Assembly (NCBI RefSeq): GCF_009914755.1
Contig: NC_060926.1
Reading direction: 5' to 3' (one strand)
Length of the DNA: 64,000 nt
Source of the DNA: the human T2T-CHM13v2.0 reference genome, Homo sapiens
Part shown: in pieces, positions 1-16,261 of the stretch
Layout of the letters: every line of letters begins with the position of its first letter
Numbering within the stretch: the first letter of the stretch is position 1
The notes under the pieces: model-generated
Told to the model about the DNA's origin: nothing
Database searches by the model: none
The model's input: only the letters and a program-made list of their open reading frames with translations
Translations under genes and position numbers: made by a program

Positions 1-118
1 CATCGTTCAACCCCCCACTCAAGCCTATTCAGGGGTTAGGCTAAAGGTTAAAGCACAGATTTTAATTCATTAAACTTCTATTTTCTTTATCCTCTCTTTC
101 CCCCATGATAATATAGGA

Positions 119-540
119 CAGCAGTTCTCAAATGCTTTGGTCACAAGACCCCCTCACACTCTTGAAATGACCGAGGACCTCAACGGGCTTTTGTTTATGA
201 GCTACGTCAACATTTAGCATCTTAGAAGTTAAAGCCAATAACTCTGAAAAACATTTATTCATCCATTTGAAGACTATACATCCATTACATGTTACCTTAA
301 AAAAATTTTTAAACCTATATTTTCCAAAACAATATATTTCATCAGTAGGAGTGGCATCGTTTTACATTTTTGCAGATCCTTAAAGCCTGGCTTAACAGAA
401 GGCTGCTGCATCCTCATAGCTGCTTCCGCCTTCGGTCTGTTGCAGTATGGTATCCTGACTGAAGAAAACCACGTGGGGTTGGGAAAGGAAGGACCTTGAG
501 GACCCTCAGGGGTCCTTGGACCACACTGCCGAGGGCATGG
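119..540. mobile_element. Degenerate hAT-Charlie-type non-autonomous DNA transposon remnant
   Basis: Begins CAGCAGTTCTCAAA, like a Charlie/MER5-type terminal inverted repeat, and ends ...GGACCACACTGCCGAGGGCATGG, a decayed match to the opposite end. Subfamily not resolved. Confidence 0.5.
254..259 (-). terminator. Candidate distal poly(A) signal (AATAAA) for TMEM185B
   Basis: TTTATT on + equals AATAAA on -, 4.4 kb downstream of the TMEM185B stop. Use as a poly(A) signal is inferred. Confidence 0.45.
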
Positions 541-1639
541 TGTGGCAGCCGACTTTAACCCATACATTCTAGAACAGAGAGAGCCATGACCAAACCAGAG
601 GGAGAGACACCTGCAGATATCCTGGGTTGCGGGCTGGAAGAAGTATTAACAGTTGATGAAGCAGCTTGGCATTGCCTCTCTTTTCTCCTAGGGAAGGGAT
701 AAACCACTGTCTTTTTGTGAGGCATGGTTGTGTTATGTCAGGTGGGAGCCTGATTTCTGAGGTGCGCGCATGGGAAGATGGGGGTGCATCAGATAGCCAA
801 GGAAAGTGGTGTAGTGGACTTTTGTCATCTGAACACCCTTCCTTTTGGGAAAATCTTTTATCGAGTGAGTTCTGGCAGAGTCCTGCCCCCTCCTCCTCGA
901 GACAAAGGAGCCAGATGCTCTCTCCTCGCATGTTCTGGAAGCTACAGAATGAACACATGCCTGAGGTTTGCCCAATCATATCCTCCCTCCTGGTACTTAA
1001 CCTTAAGCTCATGGAAGACAGCTGAGGAAGTACTCGCAGCAGCAGGGGTGCAGCTGGAGGCTCCCTTTTTGTGGGTGTCATGCTGTCAGTGGTGGTGGCT
1101 GTGGCAAGTGCTGCATCTCCAGCAAATGGTCCCTGTGGTGCAGCCCTGCCTGGGTTTCCAGCCACACAACTTCCCGGATCCCTGTGAACTTGCTGGGCTT
1201 CATCCCATCTTTCCTGCCCGGCTGAATGACCTGTATCCCAACAGCTTCCTTCACTGAGTCAGGGCCCTGGCAGGGCCAGGTGGGGATGGCCTCCCTCACC
1301 GTCTGCTGCTTCTACCTACATGGCTGGGCTCCCTGCGCCCAGGCTTCGCCTTTCCAAAGCGCCTTGCATAGCCCTCCGGAGAAACTTTGGATTCCAGCAC
1401 TTTCCTAAAACTGTCCCGTGTGGAGTACTCCGGCCTCACCACTGCTAACTGAGGGGCTGGAATGCAGGGTCTTTCTCATCTCACCTCAAATCCCCAACAG
1501 ATCCCTTCTAATGGAAACAGCTTTTAAAAATTTCAGGATATTCGTAAAGCACACGGGAAACAAATCATGGATGATCTGCCACACATTTTGCGACTCCTTG
1601 AGAACCATTTTGTAATACTGAGGTCACGGAGTGACAGCC

Positions 1640-1984
1640 CCCTGTGTGGACTGTGCTTGTTCCTTGGCCATGCACTGCCTCACCCCACAGAGGTCAGGCA
1701 TGGCCATGTGTTGTGGCCAACAGAAAGTGAGCAGGGGCTGTATTTGTGCTTGCAAGGTAGGGCTTGGCCTCCTGTGCTTCTGCCATGAGAAAGAACACGG
1801 CCCAAGGTAAGCTGCTGCTTCAACCAGGGACCCAGAATACGGGACATGTTGTGGAGCAGACGTGATCAGACCCCCAGCCTGGAGCATAACCTAGAAGCCA
1901 ACTTGTAGACTACCCAAGAATGGGAATCTAGTTGTAGACCACTGAGATTTCTGATGCTGTTTTGCAGCAAAAGCTGACTGATAC
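1640..1984 (+). mobile_element. MLT1-family (MaLR) LTR remnant
   Basis: 3' end ...CCACTGAGATTTCTGATGCTGTTTTGCAGCAAAAGCTGACTGATACA resembles MLT1 LTR termini. Start approximate. Confidence 0.55.
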
Positions 1985-3119
1985 ATCACAGGAGAAATAG
2001 TTACAGAATCTGACACATGCTGAATGCTGGATAATCAGTGTTTCATGGCAGTTAGGTAAATCCCAGGCACTGAAGTGCTCGCAGCCTCACAGATCGAACG
2101 ACTTCCTACAACCTGTCACTTCTGTTTTTACCTAATGGTCCTGACAGCGGATGGCCTACCTGGTGAGAAAGCTTGTTTCCACACTAGATGCTGGCTTTCC
2201 AACACCAGATAGCTTGGGGGAAGAGGAGGTTAAGATGGGCTGGGGGGTTGTGGGGACCCCTCAGGTTTGGGAGTTTGCACCAGGTGCCAACAAGCTCCTG
2301 GCCTGAAACTGTAGCCAGGAGGGGCCAGTGGTCCCACTGCAGCCTCCAAACCTGCCTCCCAGTTCCTCCAGCACTGCCTGCCCATGCACCCCTAAATCTT
2401 ACTGAAATGAAAATCCACGTCTTTGAGATATTCTTTAGGGGTGGAGGGGAGGCACTGGGCTCCTGAAAACAAAGATGAGCTTAAAGTTCTAGGTCACCCT
2501 GAGGCTAGCAGCATCCTTCCCTGCATTTTGCAAAAGCTGCACTGGGCTCTTTCCCTTTGTGGGTGCAGCTCACACTTCTCACCGTACAGGACACTTTGCA
2601 TGGGCAGGGCTGTTTGCTCTCCACTGCATCCCCACTGCCTGGCACCATGCTTGGCTCGGGGTAGGTCTTCAAGAAATATTGAGAATATGAATGAATCAAT
2701 GAATCCTTATTTATAAAAAGTTACACCCACTGCTGCTCAGGGCTGCCGGCTGGTGTAAACTGCCAGTGTGAGAGAGACAGAGCGAGCTCCCTCAGACAGC
2801 GAGCTCAATCCCAGCCAACTAAGCCCAGCTGTAGCTCCCTCAGGCATTCTGGCACTCAGGTTCCTAGAGCTGGCTTTTGTTGACAGCATGTGTACAGAGC
2901 ATGTTATTTTAATGTTTTATATAGGGCAAAAATAGTGAATTTAGGGTTATGTGTTTTTCTCCAAACCCAACAAGTTTGCCTCATGGCCAGGGCAAAGTGT
3001 GTGGAGCCCATTTGAGATCATTTTTAGTAAGTTACTAATAAGAAAAGTGGACTCCATTCAGTCTTCTCTGCAGTAATAACACCTACACTCCTTTTTGTTT
3101 CGACCTCCTTTCGAAAGTA

Positions 3120-3125
3120 TTTATT
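3120..3125 (-). terminator. Candidate proximal poly(A) signal (AATAAA) for TMEM185B
   Basis: TTTATT on +, with a GU-rich tract (GTGTAGGTGTT on -) about 30 nt downstream on the minus strand. Confidence 0.35.
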
Positions 3126-3208
3126 TGTTCTCAAACATTACTCTTGCAGGATCCAGCTTCTGCCCTGATTCCCTGGTGTACCACCAGCACCTAAAGAAAC
3201 ACTGTACC

Positions 3209-3540
<332 letters not shown>

Positions 3541-4683
3541 AAGAAACACTGGTCTTATCTACAAAGATAATTTGAACAGTTGTTTCCCTATTGCTGACAG
3601 ATTAAAGTTTGGCCCTTAAAATGACACCTGCTTCTACTGACCACTTCCGGTTAAGGCCACTCTCTCCATCTTTCCAATGACAAGTAATGCTTCACACTAC
3701 AGCCAACTAATAGTTTAAGATTCTTAGAAATGGACAAACCACTTGTTGCTTATTTCCACACAGTTACTACCTGTGTGGAAAAATTCAAGTTGCTAAATAA
3801 CAGTGTCACTTTATGGCCTGGTACCACACTAGAGCCTGTCACAAGTTCCCAAGGGCAGTGGCCTCTTCCTCTACTAACGGGTACTACCAGAGACCTTGGT
3901 TACTAACACCTAAATATTAAGACCCATGGGATTTGCAGTCCCTACATTCATGCCTAGTACTTTGGTAAGATCCACACCAGGCACATACTGTTTTATGCAG
4001 TTTTCAAGGACATCTGCAATAGACACATATCTTCACACCTAAGCTTTAAAAAATACTTTAACGTAATAATGGTAATGCAGAGAACTAGAATTCAACATAT
4101 TACACTGCTAAAATATTCATATAAATACTATATATGCATGGGTTCATTCCATTAGAAAAATTCACCTATCAGAATATTAAAGACCAGTATCAGCAAAGCC
4201 CAAGGAGAGAGTATTTTAACAGTAGGAACACTAAAAATATCAACTATGAGGTTTATAAACAAGTGGTGGGAAAGAGAACTTTTTACATTTGCTATTGTTA
4301 TGACAGGCACAATCTGAAATACAATTTTAGATTAGCAGTGTATAAAAATACTTTTTAAACAATAGTTTTGATAGGTACAGTAGCATTTAAACAAACAGCT
4401 GTGTGGTTATTCCTTTTGAGGACCTACTAAAACAATTCGACTTACTGCCCCCAGCTACACCTGAAAGTGCGAACCTGGAAAGCAAGTCTCTTACCCAGGT
4501 ACACACCACACACACCCACATACTGAAACCACCTCCATCTATGATGCATACTGATGAGGCGGTGATCTCAAACACGGCGTGAGACGAGTGTTTGAAGCCT
4601 GTTTCCATTTCCAGGTTTGGGATGAATGAACAAGAGGCGAAGGCCAAGTGGAGTCTGTGTGTGCCTGGGTCCTCTCTAGGAGT

Positions 4684-6620
<1,937 letters not shown>

Positions 6621-9119
6621 CAGGCGGCAGCGGCGCTCTTGTACCTGTCCCTCTCACTCCAGAGTGGAAGGTGCTGGTGAGGGTGTTAGACCCCACTCGG
6701 GAGGAAACTGGATCCAGACCAGGGTTGGGGGTTGCTTTCTGCCCCAGGTCACCCGGCAGGTTAACAGAGAATCGCGTCGCAGATACAGGGCTCCTACCTT
6801 CAAGTGTCTAGTCCTCATTTTGACTTATTTGGCCCTGTCTCTGTGTTATTCTCGCAAAACCATGTTTTCCTTTTCCTTTGGAAAAGGGTACTGGACCAGA
6901 GGTCAAGAGATTTGGGTTCTTGTCCAGGCCGTGCCACCCATCAGCTGAGAAACCTAGGCAAATTCACCTCTTTCTCTCTGGGCCTCAGTTTCCTGGTCTA
7001 TGAAGTTGGGGGACAGACCTGGGTGGTGTCTAAGGGCAAGGCTGCAGCGGGTCTGTGATTTGGAGCACCCCTTTCGCCCTCTGGCCATCTGGGCAGACCC
7101 TGGAGGATTTCTGTCTTCCCCGCTGTCCCACTGCTCAGCAGAGCCCTGGCTGCCCTCACCAGTCTCTCCTAGTCCTCTTTTCCTGAAGTGGCTGTGGGAT
7201 GTTGTCACGCAGGTCCTGGGCTCTGAAGTGGGACAGGCCATCAGAGGAACGCATGGCCTGTCAGGGCCTCCGCGGAGTGGCCCTCCCGCACCCTCACAGC
7301 ACTGCCCCAGGCGGGCATGAGCAGGGTGTCCAGGTGTCGGGCGGACAGTCCCAGCCCCCGAGGCGCTCTCCACAACTTCACTTCAGCCACAGGCAATCTG
7401 TGGCCCTGGGGAAGGGAGTCCAGCTGAGTGAGCTTCACCAGTCCTCAGGCTCAGCCCTTAAGGCTGACTTCATAGATGTGTCTTCAGGGCCTCTTGTTTC
7501 TGGAGAGCCTTATCTCCCTCCATTCCTCCCCTAAACAGAGTTGCTCCAATCTGTCTGTTTTACACATTGGTCTTTTTTGTACTCTTTTCTCCCAAGAAGG
7601 ATTTGTCAACTAAAAATTTGTAAAAGTGGAAAACCCCCTCACCAATCCAACCTCTTCATCTGTGAAATGGGCTTGGAAAAGCACACAGGATTGTTTTGAG
7701 GATTAGATGAATCAATACATGGAACTTTGCACTTTGCATTTAGAGACCTGCAAGTAATTGATTTGACCCCACTAGGAAAGCAGAGCCCGTGGAGGGGAGG
7801 CGCTGCCAGGAGCGCCCCCACCCTCCGGGAGCTGGTGGCAGAGTCAGGTCCTCTGGACCCTGCGAGAACAGTCAGAAGTCCTTCCCAATCACCTATGTAG
7901 TCAGATGAACTCAGGGCCTCTGCTGCCATCTTTGTGGCAAAGACAGAGCTCGGAGCTTATTTTCCCACCTTGAGCTCCTCATTCAGAACAAGTGCACCCT
8001 CTCCATCCAAGAAGCGGGTATCAAGGTGTCCTGTCACAGTGCAACAGTGGCTCTGCTGCACAGCTCCTGAGGGAGGGCAGACCCAGCTTCCAGGCTTGTG
8101 CCACAGGGTGAGGGATGCTGTCTGCCATCTGTCCCCAGCTGGCTTCCTTTGGCCTGCAGGCCTTGACCCCTCCCCCATCATGCCCTGGGCATCAGACACC
8201 CCTCCTTCACTGTTTTCCCTGATGCGGCCAGTCTCTCAGACACCCGCCTTTGTCTTTTATTTACCTGTAAAGCTAACATGGATTGTTTGCTATGTGCCAG
8301 GTGCTGGCGGCATAGCAGTCCCCAAGGCTGGTACACAAACCAAAGTGTGAATTCATTCACTTACAGGTGGTGTGTGTGGATGTGGTGTTCCAGGCCACCG
8401 GCACGGGCTGCTATCCCCCAGTCAGGGTGTGCGGGGGCACATGGCCCCAGAGGGCAGGGGCTGACATGGTTTGAAGGTCACTGTCCTAACGGTTGGGGAA
8501 GTCCTGGGATGTGTCCTAACCCCAGCCTCTTTCCCCTGCTTGGCATCCTCAGTCCCAACTTTCCTGTCTGAACTGTAAGGCTCTCCTGAGCTGATCCCGG
8601 CACACCTGGTGGCCAGGTCCCTTATGGTCCATGTACCAGCCCAGCCAGTCTGCTGCTTCCCCCTGAGTGTGGCCCACCCCGACATGGCCTCTGTCTCCTT
8701 CCTGGGCACCAAGACCCACGACAGGGCTTCAAGCCCTGAGAAACCTCGACCCCTGGTGGACCAGTGACCCTTCTCTCACCTCCCACAGCATCTGGGTGCC
8801 AGAGGTGGGGTAGGGGCAGGCGGGGACCTTGTTCCTATCCTGGGACTCATTTCCCTGGGTGTTGTCTGTTTGGCCTTCTGTCCTTTCATGAGATTTGAGC
8901 TCCAGACACCCAGCTAGCACTTATATCGTAGCAAATGTTTGAGAGACGTTGGCTGAATGAGTGAAGGAATGCATTTAACACTACTCATGACTGCGATGCT
9001 CCTGTCCCAGAGGAGATGCTCCTGTGGCCAGCGTGGCACCGATAGTGGGACCTGTGTCCTTTCATCACCAGCATCCTAGGCCCTGTTCCCTCCACTCTCC
9101 AGCCCAGGTGATCTTTCTT

Positions 9120-9565
9120 CCTCGGTAACCAATTGCCACAGGTGTATCAGTTTAAAGCAGCAGTCAGTTACTGTCCGCCATGAACTGAGAGTCAGAAGTC
9201 AGCATCATATGCCCAGCCAGTGCTCCGCTTGAGTCACAAGGCCAAGATCTCGGTGTGGGCACTCCGGCAGTGAACCTGCATTCGAGTTCTGTGTTGGCAG
9301 GATGCAGTTCCATCGAGTTGTGGGACTGAGGTTCCTGTTGCCTTGCCAGCCATGGGCCTCGGGGTTCATTCTCAGCCCCTTGTATTTCCTGACTTGTGGC
9401 CTCCTTCAAAGCCACCCGTGGTGGGTTAAGTCCTTATGTCTGGAGTCTCTCTTCTGCCTTCCTTGTTTTGAGGGCTTCTGTGATTACTTTGGGTTACTCA
9501 GCTAACCCAGGATCACCTCTCTATTTTAAGGTCAGCCTGTTAGTAACCCCAATTCCATCTGCAAA
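9120..9565 (-). mobile_element. MLT1-family LTR remnant
   Basis: Decayed MLT1-like text (...GCAGGATGCAGTTCCATCGAGTTGTGGGACTGAGGTTCC...TTAAGGTCAGCCTGTTAGTAACCCCAATTCCATCTGCAA). Boundaries approximate. Confidence 0.55.
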
Positions 9566-10545
9566 TTCCTTAGAATTCTGCTCCGTACCAGCGGTCAGGC
9601 CCAGCTCGGCTCTTCCTGCCCCACAACAGCCACTGCTTAGCAAGAGCTGAGCTGGGTTTCCAGGGAGAGCGAACTCTTGCCTGGCACCCTCCACAGCAGA
9701 CCAGGGTGACAGTGACACCTGGGCATGGTCCCAGTCAGAGCAGCTGGAAGCTGGTGGGAGTTAAGTTTTCCCTGTAGCCCTCTGGCTGCAGGACATGGGA
9801 TGCCTTTGCTGAATGTCCTCTGAGGGGCTGGCTTGGGACAGGGGGATGACCTGCGCAGAAAGCCCAGGGAAAATTTCCCTTTTGGCCGGATTTGTGGATT
9901 TGCTCATATCAACTTCTTCACAAGGAATCCACAGCCCACCTGGCCCTTGTGCCAGCCTCATTGCCCACCATTACCCCTTGGCCCCAGTCTCTAAATGAAG
10001 AGCACGCTGTCACCTCTACAATAGCCTCCTCCCATCTCCCTGCCCCCCCCCACTGCCAGCACACACATACCAGTGCAGTAGTATGCCCGTGGGCATGGAC
10101 TTGAGTCACCCCAGCCCAGGTGCGAGTCCAGACTCTGTGAACTTGACAGATGACTTAGTTTCCAGCCCCGATCTGTGAAATGGAGATAACCTCCCAAAAC
10201 TGTGACAGCAAAAGGAAACAATGTAGGAAACCTACAATGCCTCCATTATTTCCCCCCAGTGGTGGCTGTTAACTGCCTCTCAGCAGCAGATTGTGTGTCC
10301 CCTCCCTCGGGTCCCACAGGGTATCATCCTGTTTGCTCATCTGACTCTCTGGACTCCCTGTGACTTTCTCAAGGACAGGGACCCATCTCTTATCTCTGTT
10401 AGCAGTTTCCAGCACAGGCTCGTACATGGTAAGTGAATCTGGAAAGTGCATGCGGGCAGGAAGACAGGAGCTGATGTGACATCTCCTGTGGGCTGAGCAG
10501 CGAGCACGGGAACCTTCCTGAGACAAAGCAGCTTGTCTGAAGCTC

Positions 10546-10603
10546 ACAGGTCCCAGTGTTACAGGGAGGTGCTGACAGTTCCCAGTGTTACAGGGAGGTG
10601 CTG
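10546..10603. repeat. 29-bp tandem duplication
   Basis: ACAG[G/T]TCCCAGTGTTACAGGGAGGTGCTG occurs twice, one mismatch. Confidence 0.9.
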
Positions 10604-12077
10604 CTGGGCTCGCATGAGGACCTCCTGGAGCGTGACAGCCCCTCACGCTCGCACGTGGCTTAATATTTCAAAGCACGATATCATCTGGAGCTGACTTCAG
10701 AGACAGAGGTGGCAAAGCACTAACCTCATTTGACAGATGGGGAAACAGGCCCAAGACCCACAACCATGGTTCTCTGCTAACTCTGCAGCTGCATACTTTC
10801 CACAGGGCCCTGCTGTTGGCCAGGTGGGCGTCCCTGCCCTGTTTATCAGCTCAGTCCAGTGAGAATGGCTCCCTGAAGAGCCAGACTCTGGCTGGGACCC
10901 CTTGAGACTTAGGCTCCTGTTTTAGCAGCTTTTTCCTTCCTTAACCCGTGTATTCATTTAACAAATACATATCAAGCATCTTCCCTGTGCCCCAGGTCCT
11001 TGTCCTGGATACACATGTAGCAATGAACTCTTCAGGTGGCTTCTCCTGTGCTGGTCCCTTCTCAGTTCAGGTGTCACCTCCTTCAGGGTCACCTCCTTGA
11101 CTACCCCACCCAAAGTCATTCTCTCACTTGCGTCTCCTTATTTCTCCTTTTTTTATATGGTCACTTTAGAAAAAGCTGGAAAACGCAGACTCGTTTAAAG
11201 AAAGAAAATGCTGTAGTCTTAGCACCTACAGAAGATCACTGTGAACATTTTACTGTGTTTTTCCTTCCAGTCGGTCTACTCGGCAAAGAGATGTCATCCT
11301 CCACATACCCATTTGATTCTGCTTTTTTACTTATGGTTAATTCTAAAACTCACTTCACATTTTAACGTCTCTGGATCTTGCACTGTACAGTGGCTGATGT
11401 TTTACAGGCACTGTCAGCTGGTGTTAACATTCAGTTCTTTCTAGAGGTGGTTGTATTTGTTTCTGCCAGTCACCTGGGGGCACTGCCAACTTGACATAAC
11501 CTTAAACTTAAATTCAGTTACAGCATTTGCTTGAGGTGTTTCCAGACCATATGTTTGTGCAAATTCAGACTCAAACCAGCATGAGTACTGGCTTGTGCAC
11601 GTCCTCAGGGGCAGTTTTGTTCCCTCCCTGCATCCGGGTCCATGGCTGGGACACTGGCTCTTTCTGCCTGACGAGGCTGTTTATCATTCTCCTCCCACCA
11701 AAGAAATAGCCCTTTAGGATCCCAGCTTTACTTAGACGTCCCTTATTAAATAACCATTCTGGGTATTTTTTTCTTCCTTAAAGGTACGTGAAATGGTGGT
11801 GTGTTCTCTAATCAACAGTGTCTTAAATGTGATGAAATGCCATAGATAGAAACACTTCTCAGATTTCCATAAACATGTGAGCATGTTTTCAGTGGCCCCA
11901 CAATATTACATTAAGGGTAGTGCAATACTTTACTCACCCATTGCATTGTGTATTTGAGTTAGTTTCATTCTTTTATGAAATGAAGGGACTGCGCTCTATC
12001 TTACGGCTTCTTTGCATCCAGATTGTTTTTAAGGGTAGATTCTCAGACACAGACATGCCATGGTGAAGGAATGAATA

Positions 12078-12526
12078 CAGTAGTCCCCCCTTATCTGAGG
12101 TTTATCTTTCCAAGTTTTCATTTACCTGCAGTACACCGAGGTTTGAAAATATTAAATGGAAAATTCCAGAAATAACTCCTAAATTTTAAATGACACTCTG
12201 TTCTGAGTAGCGTGACAAAATCTTGCTCCATCTAGCCTGGGACGTGACCCCTCTCTTTGTCCAGCATCTTCACACCGGGCGTGCTCCCTGGGCGATCACA
12301 TCAGCTGCCGCCAGATCACTGTCCCTCTGTTCAGGTCACCCGTGTTTGACTTAATAATGGCTCCAAAGCACAAGAGTACTGTGCCTAATTTACAAATTAA
12401 ACTCTATCGTAGGTGTGTATGCACAGGGAAATACATAGTGTGTATAGGGGTTTGGTACTATCTGCGGCTTTGGGCATCTACTGGGGGTCTTGGAACATAT
12501 CCCCTATGGATAAGGGGGGACAACTT
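12078..12526. mobile_element. MER44-like (Tigger/TcMar) DNA transposon remnant
   Basis: Terminal inverted repeats CAGTAGTCCCCCCTTATC ... GATAAGGGGGGACAACT, preceded by TA. Confidence 0.8.
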
Positions 12527-12564
12527 CATTCTAAAGACCCTTGACACATAAAGCCTAGTGTGTC

Positions 12565-12876
12565 TTTTTTTTTCCTTTTTTTTTTTTTTTTTTTTTTTAG
12601 ATGGAGTCACTCTGTCACCCAGGCTGGAGTGCAGTGGACTGATCTCGGCTCACTGCAATCTCCACTTCCTGAGTTCAAGCAATTCTCCTGCCTCAGCCTC
12701 CTGAGTAGCTGGGTGGTACAGGTGCACCACTATGCCTAGCTAATTTTTGTATTTTTAGTAGAGATGGGGTTTCACCATCTTAGCCAGGTTGGTCTCAAAC
12801 TCCTGACCTCAGGTCATCTGTCAGCCTTGGCCTCCCAAAGTGCTGGGATTCCAGGCGTGAGCCACTGTGCCCAGCC
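12565..12876 (-). mobile_element. AluS
   Basis: Poly-T followed by reverse-complement Alu body. Confidence 0.95.
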
Positions 12877-15426
12877 TTTTATTCTGTTTTCTGTGTTATC
12901 TTTGAGGAAATGGAGTCAGTGCCACCCCGAGTTGTGGTGTGAGTCTGCTTGTATTGATAGCAGCTGGCAGAGCTTATTTAGAAAACTCCACAGGGTTGAA
13001 GAATTAAAGAGGCTGAAATCAAAGGTAGACTCAAGTATAGGGCTGTATAATATTAAAAGTCAACTAAAAACAGGGCTAGTGTTGACATGTTTGTGAGTGT
13101 GCAAATGCAGAAGTCAGGGTTTTCCGCGTCAGATCACAGCCTTCAAATGTTATGAACAACACAGTGAGCATTGGGATCATTTAATTTGAGGCATTCACAT
13201 ATAATTAAATATAATTAATTCAAACTAATATTTTGTGGAGGTGAGTGGGAAGCTTCCTGAATTATGGAATTAGGCAATCCAGGTATCAATTGTACTTAAG
13301 TTGACATTACTAAAATATTTTCAAAAGTTTTCATGTACAATTTAAGTTTTTTCCCCAGTCTTATTTGCACTCTTAATTTACTCAGCAAAACATTTTTTTC
13401 TTGGACAAAGGTCATTCCCAGCCCGGCTCTCACCTGGCTTTGTCATAAATTCCAAGAGAGTGTGATGTGGACAAATGATGTGCTTCCTGCGTCAGAAACA
13501 GACGTTTGTAAAATTGTAATCCTAATTTCACTCTGGGTTGCCTTTCATTCTTCCATTGCCAGGTGCAAAGCAGCAAAAAAGTAAAATAAAATAAATGCCT
13601 CTGCACGCCACTGAGAGCCAGGCCCTGGAGTTACCCCATGAACAGTGTGGGGCTCCTGACTTAAAGGGGCATCCAGCAGTATAGCAGGCAGCACGGCCTG
13701 ATGACTCGGGCCACAGGAGCATGGCCCTCCCCTGTCAAAGCTGACTTCTCGTTTCTCAGGACAAAATCCATACGCTTTACCGTGCCCTTCAAGGCCCTGG
13801 CTGACCGGCCGTGGCCCATCTCCCTGGCCTCACCTCACTGCCCATGGGGCTCCTATGGCCACCTCAGCTTCTTTCTGCTCCTCAGACTCCCAGACTGGAG
13901 CCGTTGCTGCCTCAGGGTGTTGCTTTATGTGTTTTCACAGATGCCTTTAGGGGAGATAGACCTAAAAGAGTCTGGGCAACATGCACAGCCTCCAAGCAGT
14001 TCACTCATCACTCAGCTACTATGGCCAGACTGCCTGCTAGTGCCCGGTAGGTGCCAGGCCCTGGGGAAGGAAGCAATGCCCTGTGGCCCTTGTTCCCAAG
14101 GACCGAGCACTTTTCCACGCAGTTAAGGTGCACAAACACAAAACACCGAATAACGCTGAAAGAGCCCAAGAGAGGACCAGAGGTCACTGGGCTGAATATG
14201 ATGAAAAGTCAACTAAAAACCAGAAAAAAAAAAAAAAAAACATTGGAAATAAGCTATAGGGCAGCGATCAGGGAGAAGCTTGTGCTCTGAGCTGCAACAG
14301 AACCCCAAGGAGACCACTATCAAGAGGGTGCCCTGGTGTAGTTAAGCATGGGCCAAAGAAGGGACCACCTGGGTTCAAACTTGGCCTTGTCATTTCAGCA
14401 GCTGTGTGTCCTTGACCAAATGGCTCAGCCTCTCTGAGTCTAGGTTTTCTCATCTGTACAATGGGGATAATAATATCTACTTCACAGGATAGAGGTGAGA
14501 TAATAGAGATACAGGCCTGGCACATTCAGTAGATGCCCGCATGGGCACGTACTCCCCTCCCACGCCCCACCCTGTGCTGGTGTAGAAGAGAGTGCCCAGG
14601 AAGATCTGTGCTCGAGTCAGCTGGGCATAACTAAGGACACCTTAAATTGTGTAACCAGGTGACAGGCACCTCATTCATTCTCCACCCTGGGGCTGGTTCT
14701 GCTTTATAAATTAAGGGGGCCAGGGTGGCCCAGAGGTCCCCAGATGCAGGTCCAAATGCAGCATTGCTGGCTACATACAGGCAGATTCTGGGGCCTCACC
14801 CCGAGAATCTTGGTGATTCAGACTCACCAAGTCAGAATCCTTGCGGGTGAGGCTCGGAAACCATTTTTGTAAGTCTTCCCAGGTGATTCCAAGTACAGCC
14901 AGGTCTTCGCACCCACACAGCCAGACGGCCCCTGAAAAGCTTTCTCAGCCTTTGCAGTCTGTTTCTGGCCGCATCAAATGTGCTGAGCAGTGTGGGTTTG
15001 GTTCAGTGTTCATCCCCCACTTTCATCAGAGACAGGGGGCTTCTCTTGGTCCTCACTCATGGGAGGAAGCCGCAAGCGGAGACGACTAAGTGGAGAAATA
15101 AATCTCTAGCAGCTGCCTGCTGCCCTGCTCTGGAGGTTGTCTGCGAGGAGGAGAAACGGCTAACTTCCAAGAACTGGGGTGCTTTCTCCCCACCTATCAG
15201 CTGAATCGAAACTGAAAATATGCCTCCGAGGCTGGAGATCCGTGACAGGCTTGAAACCTTGACAAGCCAACCCTTCTCATGTGGCTGCTTTCCACCTAAG
15301 AAAGAAAATGAAACTCCTCGGAGTTCCTGCTGGTTTTAGATTTTTCTCTGGTACAAACAAAAATTATTTACTGTCACTGAGGTTCTTTCCAGATTACCCC
15401 AAACAGCCATAACTTTCCCAGCTTTA

Positions 15427-15916
<490 letters not shown>

Positions 15917-16261
15917 CCTCAGTAAGAGTGGAAGTGGTTTACGACTATTGATGCCACAACAACAGATACATCAGCAAAAGGAAACTTCAGGAACAATATG
16001 GTCGGGATGGAGGTGTTGGACGTTGTTTTTTCTTTTAATTAACAAAAAAACAGGAACACATTTAGTAGTAAACAGAGGGCCCAGTTTTCTCTTTTTGGTC
16101 TGAAAGGGGCTTCAAAAAATTGTATTCAGTGTTAAATAGAATAACAATGGCAATGAAGATAGTGAGAAGCGCTACCATCTGTTTAGCATGATGTCCGCGT
16201 GGGGACTGGGGGAGAGATTTGCTCCCATTACGGGGGAGACTGAGGCTCAGAAGGGTCAAGT

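Noticed and set aside
1-80. C/A-rich start suggestive of a mitochondrial insertion (NUMT)
   Set aside because: I could not align it to any mtDNA segment I remember; too short to support without BLAST.
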